Shown: positions 59,100 to 64,000 of the stretch, piece after piece
Numbering within the stretch: position 1 is the first letter of the stretch
Layout: each line of letters begins with the position of its first letter
Assembly (NCBI GenBank): GCA_046290225.1
Contig: JBKAGE010000034.1
Coordinates: forward strand, 416,001-480,000
Length of the DNA: 64,000 nt
Source of the DNA: Bradymonadia bacterium
GTDB taxonomy: Bacteria; Myxococcota_A; Bradymonadia; UBA7976; UBA1532
Reading direction: 5' to 3'
Position numbers and translations under genes: made by a program
Notes under the pieces: model-generated
What the model saw: the letters and a program-made list of their open reading frames with translations, nothing else
Databases searched by the model: none
What the model was told of the DNA's origin: nothing

Positions 59100-59984
59100 T
59101 CACGATCGTTGAGGTGTGGCGATGGGGCAGGCCTCGTCGAGGACCTGCTCCAACAGAGGTTGCAGATGCGCCCTCGCCCGCTGTGCGGCGCTATTGGCCC
59201 ACCGGGAGCACGTGTAGAGCTCCACGGTCAGGTGGCCGTCATAGCCCACATCTCTCAGGGCTCGCATGACCCGTACGAAGTCGATGTCTCCTTCTCCGGG
59301 GACGAGATGATGGTGCTTTCGGCCCTTGATGTCCTCGACGTGCACGTTCCAGATACGGCCAGCGAGCAGCTGAATGCTCTCTTCGGGATCTTCGAAGGCA
59401 CAAATGGCGTGACCGATGTCGAGGTTCACCCCGAGGATGGGAGAGCCCACCACCTCGATGAGGGTGCTCACCTCGTCGGCGCGCTCCACCAGAAGGGCTG
59501 GCTCGTACTCGATGCCCACCTTGACCCCGAGATCAGCAGCGCGCTCGCACACCACAGACAAGGACTCTGCGAAGAAAGCCATGGCCCGCTCAGGCTCGAC
59601 ATGGGCCTCGCTCCGTCCGCTGGCCACACTCACGGTGGGGGCACCGATGGCAGAGGCGAGCTCGAGACAGGCCAGCGTGTAGTCGATGCGCCGACGCCGC
59701 ACATCAGCGTCGCTGTTGCTCATGGACGGCTCGAAGACAGGCTCCGGGAGCGGATCGGGCCACAAACAATTCGCGGTGTTGGCGTTGACATTGCTGATGA
59801 CTAGGCCCTGGTCCTTGACCGCCTGTCGCAGCGCCATCATGCCCGCGCCATCGAGTGCACCGGGCTGCCAATGGGGTGCGTCGGCGAGGATCTCCACGCC
59901 GTGATAACCCAACCGGGCGATCTCCTCGATGGCGGTGAGCAGATCGACCTCGGTGAAACCATTGGTGCTGTAGGCGAGTTTCAT
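59100..59984 (-). CDS. Sugar-phosphate isomerase/epimerase (xylose isomerase-like TIM barrel)
   Basis: IEYEP, NLDIGH, HVEDI...HHHLVPGEGDIDF, TVELY. Confidence 0.88.
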   Translation of the reverse strand: MKLAYSTNGFTEVDLLTAIEEIARLGYHGVEILADAPHWQPGALDGAGMMALRQAVKDQGLVISNVNANTANCLWPDPLPEPVFEPSMSNSDADVRRRRIDYTLACLELASAIGAPTVSVASGRSEAHVEPERAMAFFAESLSVVCERAADLGVKVGIEYEPALLVERADEVSTLIEVVGSPILGVNLDIGHAICAFEDPEESIQLLAGRIWNVHVEDIKGRKHHHLVPGEGDIDFVRVMRALRDVGYDGHLTVELYTCSRWANSAAQRARAHLQPLLEQVLDEACPIATPQRS

Positions 59985-60053
59985 ACGGCGCAGTGTAGCA
60001 AAGCCACAGTGCCCATGGGGGCTATAATTGTAGTCACGGGTGGGTATATCTGC

Positions 60054-63000
60054 CTACATCCCCGACTTATCCGGCGCGTCGAGACCCAGGCGAGCGCGCA
60101 GCGCATAGAAGGCGTCGCTCAAGGACCACCACGCGAGGGACTGCAGCCGGGGCACGCCGCGCAGAGCGTCGAGGACCGCGGTCTGGTGGCCCTGCCCCGG
60201 CGGCCGAACGCCGGCCTCTCGGGTGAGCACACTGATGGCCGGCAACATCGATCCCGCGATGAGCAAACCTGCGCGATCAGCTGACCGCTTCACTGCTTCG
60301 AGGGCAGCATTGATGGGCGGATCGCCCCCGAGGGCCCGGACCTGCTCCGCGACATTGCGCAGCCGACGTTGGGCGGAGCTGCCCATCCCCTTCTGCAGTG
60401 TCTGGGCATGCTCGGCGAGGGTGCCGGTGGCCGGTGGGAACGGCGACCAGTCGCCATCGGCCCCCAGGGCCACTGCCAGGGCCCGCCTGCTGGCGTCGGA
60501 GGGGGCCTGAGTCCACCGTGTGAGCCCTCGATGGCCCAGGTGAAGCGCGCGCCCCATGTGGAACAGACGCTCGCCCCGACCTACAGATCTCAACGCGCCT
60601 TCAGGGAAGACCACCGTAGCGGGCCGGCCCTCGACGTAGTGTACGCGCCGACCTGCCGCCCCGGGGATGACGCTCACGGTCAGCTGACCCCCGAGGGCCT
60701 TGCCGGCGATGGCGCCCAAATCGGCGAGCGGGCCCTCCACCATCTCGGCGCCCAGGGCGGCGTCGGGGTGATTGGGCAGAATGTCGGGCACGCACTCGAG
60801 CAGCTCGATGAGCAACAAGTTGATCGAGGGCTGCTCGGCGCCGTCGAGGAGCGCTGGCTCGCTGGCGCCGCCGAGGCGGCCGGTGGGGGTTCTGCGGATG
60901 CGAGCGTTGTATCGGGCGATGGTGCTCTGTTCGTCAGCCCCACCACATTGCAGCCCATTGAGCAACAAGGCGATCTGGTACGCCCTCGCCATCCGACCCG
61001 TCTGCTCGCTGAGTCGGCGCAGACCCTTCAGCGCCTCCGGATGGAACGGATCACGCTCGAGTACTGCGCGAAAGTGTACTTCAGCCTGATCAGCGGCGTC
61101 GGCGTGCAGGGTGAGGCTGCGGGCGTAGAGCAGCCGGGCCCGATCGTCATCGGGGTGCTCTGCGGCCATGCGTCGTGCCTCTCGCAAGGCCCGACGATTG
61201 GCCCCGCTGATCTTCAGCCCTTCGCTGATCAGCTTGCGCCGCATGGCGTTCCATCGCTCCTCGGAGCCGGGCGACTGTGCTTTGATGGCATCTTCCACGA
61301 GATCGAAGATGCGATCCGCCATGCCTTTGTAGGGGATCAGCGCCGCCACCCGCTCAGCGATCTCCAAATCACCTGGGGAGATCTCCAGCGCCCGGCCATA
61401 GGCGTCCATCGCCAGCTCGATCTCCCCGGACTCTTCAGCAAAAGCGCCGAGCTTCATCTGCAGGGCTTTGATTCGACTGGGGCCGGTGATCCGGCTGGCG
61501 GCTCGACGCAGCAACTCTGCCGCCAGGGCCTTGTCCCCCCGGCTCTCTGCCAGGTTGGCTCGCCTGAACGACGCCTCGGGGTGGGTCGGATCCAGCTTGA
61601 GCAGCGCATCGAGGCACTGCGTGGCCCGTTCGAGATCGTGCAGCTTGTCTTCGTAGAGCGCGGCGAGCCTGAACGTGACCGCCTGCTGGAGCGCCTCGTC
61701 CGGAGAGTCCGCACGCAAACGCTCGTACACCGTGGCGGCCTCGGACCAGGCTTCCTGATCGACATAGAGATCAGCCAGCTGCTGAAGCAGCTCGGGGGTG
61801 TGCTCGTTCGCCCGGGCCAGCATGCCAGACAAGAGCTTGATGGCCTGCTCGGGCCGATTGAGGCGGTGCACGTACAACCGGGCCGCCTCCAATGTGTAGT
61901 CCCAACGCTGAGCGGGCACGTGCTCCGAGAGCTGTTCGAACACTTCAGCGAGGGCGCCCCAGCGGCCATAGCGGCCGTACATCTGCCGTGCGACCTCGAC
62001 ATGCGCTTCGTGGCCCGGCTCACGCTTGAGGGCGTGGGCCACCAGCGATAAGGCGCCGTCGACGTCGCCGATGCGCTTCTCTCTCACACGGGCAGCGGCG
62101 AGCAACAAGCCCGCCCCCTCATGAGGATCAGCCACCAACATGCCTTCGCGCTCCAACATGCTCAGCGCTTCGTCTCCCCGGCCGAGACGCGTGTAGAGCT
62201 GCCGGAGATGCTGAATGGCCTCCAGGGCGTTGGTGCCCACCTCCAGGCAGGCCTCCCACGCCTTCACAGCAGGCTCCAGAGCGCCCTGGGACTCAAGCAG
62301 TTGCGCTCGGCGAGCCAGCAGCACCCCGCGCAGTCCTGAATCCTCTTCGGCCTCGGAGAGCGAAGCGTCGACGTCTTCCAGGCTGCCCACACGGCTCACC
62401 AGGGCCTCCGCCCAAGGACGTGCTTGAGGCAGGCCTGGGATGAGCTTCAGCGCCTGACGGAGATCTTCCAAGGCGCCCATGGGAGCCCGTAGATGCGTGC
62501 CTCGAACCAGCGCCCGCTCCAACAGCAGCGGCGCTTGCGCTTCAGATGCATCGACCTCTGTGAGCCGCTCGGTGATCAGGAACTCGAGATCCCGATGTCG
62601 GTGGAGCAGCCGATAGAGGCGCTCCAGCTCGAGGGTGCACGGCCCGCCTCCACGGGCCTCCATCGACTCCAGCAGAGCCAGGCCCCGCTCCGCCTCCCCC
62701 TCGGCGATGGCTCTCCGGGCGCACTGCCACTGGCTGCTCACAGGTTGAGCCGCCAGAACCCCTTCATCGACACCCACTGTGGTGTCTGCAGCCACGCAGA
62801 GTTGCGCCGTGAGCCAGGCCAGGAGGGGATGCTCTCCGAGATCTCTCACCCGCCTGAGGGCGCTCAACGCCCGGGGATCATCGCTGAGCCGGTCTGCACA
62901 AATCAGCGCCACCATCGACGCGCCGAAGACCTGCGCGTCGGAGTCTTCTCCCTGCCGGGCGAGACGCTCCATGGCGTCGAGCTCGCCCATGGCGTCACCA

Positions 63001-64000
63001 GAGACCGCCCGACGCCAGCCCTCCAAGATGGCCGCAGTGGTGGCCCCGTGACTCGGTCGCTCCACACCCCCGACACCGGACTCGATGGGCCGCTCGAGGC
63101 ACCAGAGCACCTCCTCGAGCACCGCCCAGAGTTCATCGGCAATCGGGTCAGCCTCCCGGCCCGCCGACAACCAGTCCGCGAGCCCGTCCACGAGCGGATC
63201 CAGGCGCTCGGCTTTCAACGGCAGCGTGAGGGCCGCCGACCAGACCTCAGGCAACCCGGGCTGGCGCTTGAGGACCGAGGCGATGGCCTGCCAGCACAGC
63301 TCGGCCATCTCGGGCTCTTCCGATCGATCGGAGGCCACCAGCGCATCCGCCGCTCGGCCGATGAGGGCGCCGAGGATCCACGGATCTTCCACCGCCTCTG
63401 CAGCGCGGGCCACAGCAGACAGCCAGATCTCCAGGTCGACCGATGGGTTGACGTGGGGATCGAGGTGCAAGAGCGCGAGCAGGTCGTCCGGGCGGGCGGC
63501 GATGAGGGCGGACCAGCGATGACTGGCCACCTCGGGCGCATCAGTGAGCCAGTGACGCATGATGGCCCGGAGATGATCGGCAGAGACGGGCTGCATGGTC
63601 TCTGTCTGAAGGCAGCGACCCCAGTCGCCGGCCTTGGCCTCGAGGAGCAGTCGGGTGTTGAGGGCCATGGGGTGACCGGGTCGACGCTCGAGGGCGACGT
63701 CACATGCCTCCACGGCCCCCGCAACATCACCAGAGACGAGGCCATCGATGCGGGCCATCTCGCACAGGCGCGCCACCTGTCGAGCGGGGACGTGAAGCAG
63801 CGGCAACCCTTGCCTGATCAGCGTCGCCACCTCGGCCCACCGACCCTTGCGGCGCAGGTGGCGCTCCAACGCCCGTCGCGCAGGGATCCAATGCTGACAC
63901 TCCGCCACAGCGGTCTCGAGCACGCCTATGGCCTCGTCTGGCCGACCGAGACGCCACTCCAGAATACGGGCGCGATGGGTCAACCACGCCGCCCGCAGGG
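60054..64000 (-). CDS. Giant TPR protein (start beyond the window)
   Basis: No stop codon upstream of 63983 in frame; many TPR-like repeats; C-terminal RLFHMGRAL...SADRAGLL. Confidence 0.8.
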   Translation of the reverse strand, partial: LRAAWLTHRARILEWRLGRPDEAIGVLETAVAECQHWIPARRALERHLRRKGRWAEVATLIRQGLPLLHVPARQVARLCEMARIDGLVSGDVAGAVEACDVALERRPGHPMALNTRLLLEAKAGDWGRCLQTETMQPVSADHLRAIMRHWLTDAPEVASHRWSALIAARPDDLLALLHLDPHVNPSVDLEIWLSAVARAAEAVEDPWILGALIGRAADALVASDRSEEPEMAELCWQAIASVLKRQPGLPEVWSAALTLPLKAERLDPLVDGLADWLSAGREADPIADELWAVLEEVLWCLERPIESGVGGVERPSHGATTAAILEGWRRAVSGDAMGELDAMERLARQGEDSDAQVFGASMVALICADRLSDDPRALSALRRVRDLGEHPLLAWLTAQLCVAADTTVGVDEGVLAAQPVSSQWQCARRAIAEGEAERGLALLESMEARGGGPCTLELERLYRLLHRHRDLEFLITERLTEVDASEAQAPLLLERALVRGTHLRAPMGALEDLRQALKLIPGLPQARPWAEALVSRVGSLEDVDASLSEAEEDSGLRGVLLARRAQLLESQGALEPAVKAWEACLEVGTNALEAIQHLRQLYTRLGRGDEALSMLEREGMLVADPHEGAGLLLAAARVREKRIGDVDGALSLVAHALKREPGHEAHVEVARQMYGRYGRWGALAEVFEQLSEHVPAQRWDYTLEAARLYVHRLNRPEQAIKLLSGMLARANEHTPELLQQLADLYVDQEAWSEAATVYERLRADSPDEALQQAVTFRLAALYEDKLHDLERATQCLDALLKLDPTHPEASFRRANLAESRGDKALAAELLRRAASRITGPSRIKALQMKLGAFAEESGEIELAMDAYGRALEISPGDLEIAERVAALIPYKGMADRIFDLVEDAIKAQSPGSEERWNAMRRKLISEGLKISGANRRALREARRMAAEHPDDDRARLLYARSLTLHADAADQAEVHFRAVLERDPFHPEALKGLRRLSEQTGRMARAYQIALLLNGLQCGGADEQSTIARYNARIRRTPTGRLGGASEPALLDGAEQPSINLLLIELLECVPDILPNHPDAALGAEMVEGPLADLGAIAGKALGGQLTVSVIPGAAGRRVHYVEGRPATVVFPEGALRSVGRGERLFHMGRALHLGHRGLTRWTQAPSDASRRALAVALGADGDWSPFPPATGTLAEHAQTLQKGMGSSAQRRLRNVAEQVRALGGDPPINAALEAVKRSADRAGLLIAGSMLPAISVLTREAGVRPPGQGHQTAVLDALRGVPRLQSLAWWSLSDAFYALRARLGLDAPDKSGM

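Overview
GC-rich (about two-thirds G+C by eye) bacterial chromosomal window, most consistent with Myxococcota. The lineage evidence is a MYXO-CTERM-like tail, two AgmX/PglI-type C-terminal domains, Cys-rich lipoproteins, giant TPR proteins and Ser/Thr kinase/FHA genes. Housekeeping blocks are yicC (partial), tRNA-Gln/tRNA-Glu, ribA, pheA-gph-crcB-comEA, hutH-hutU-hutI and tilS-ftsH-folP-cdaA-cdaR-glmM-acpS-like-nnr-tsaC. No integrase, transposase, phage gene or CRISPR array was seen. The most notable observations are: (1) a three-gene ebo-like inositol-phosphate synthase/UbiA/TIM-barrel cluster converging on an O-methyltransferase plus YdjY-like lipoprotein; (2) a co-oriented cassette of a basic nucleoid-like protein, PilZ, FHA and a 54-aa protein absent from the ORF track; (3) a MutT-TsaE fusion; (4) many apparent pseudoenzymes (AcpS, CHAT, kinase, S1 protease, NlpC/P60, Mrr, M48-like, phosphodiester glycosidase); (5) a sigma54/IHF promoter driving a matrixin pair; (6) a structured intergenic element with repeats at 41.7-42.1 kb. 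All family calls come from motif recognition by eye; no searches were run.
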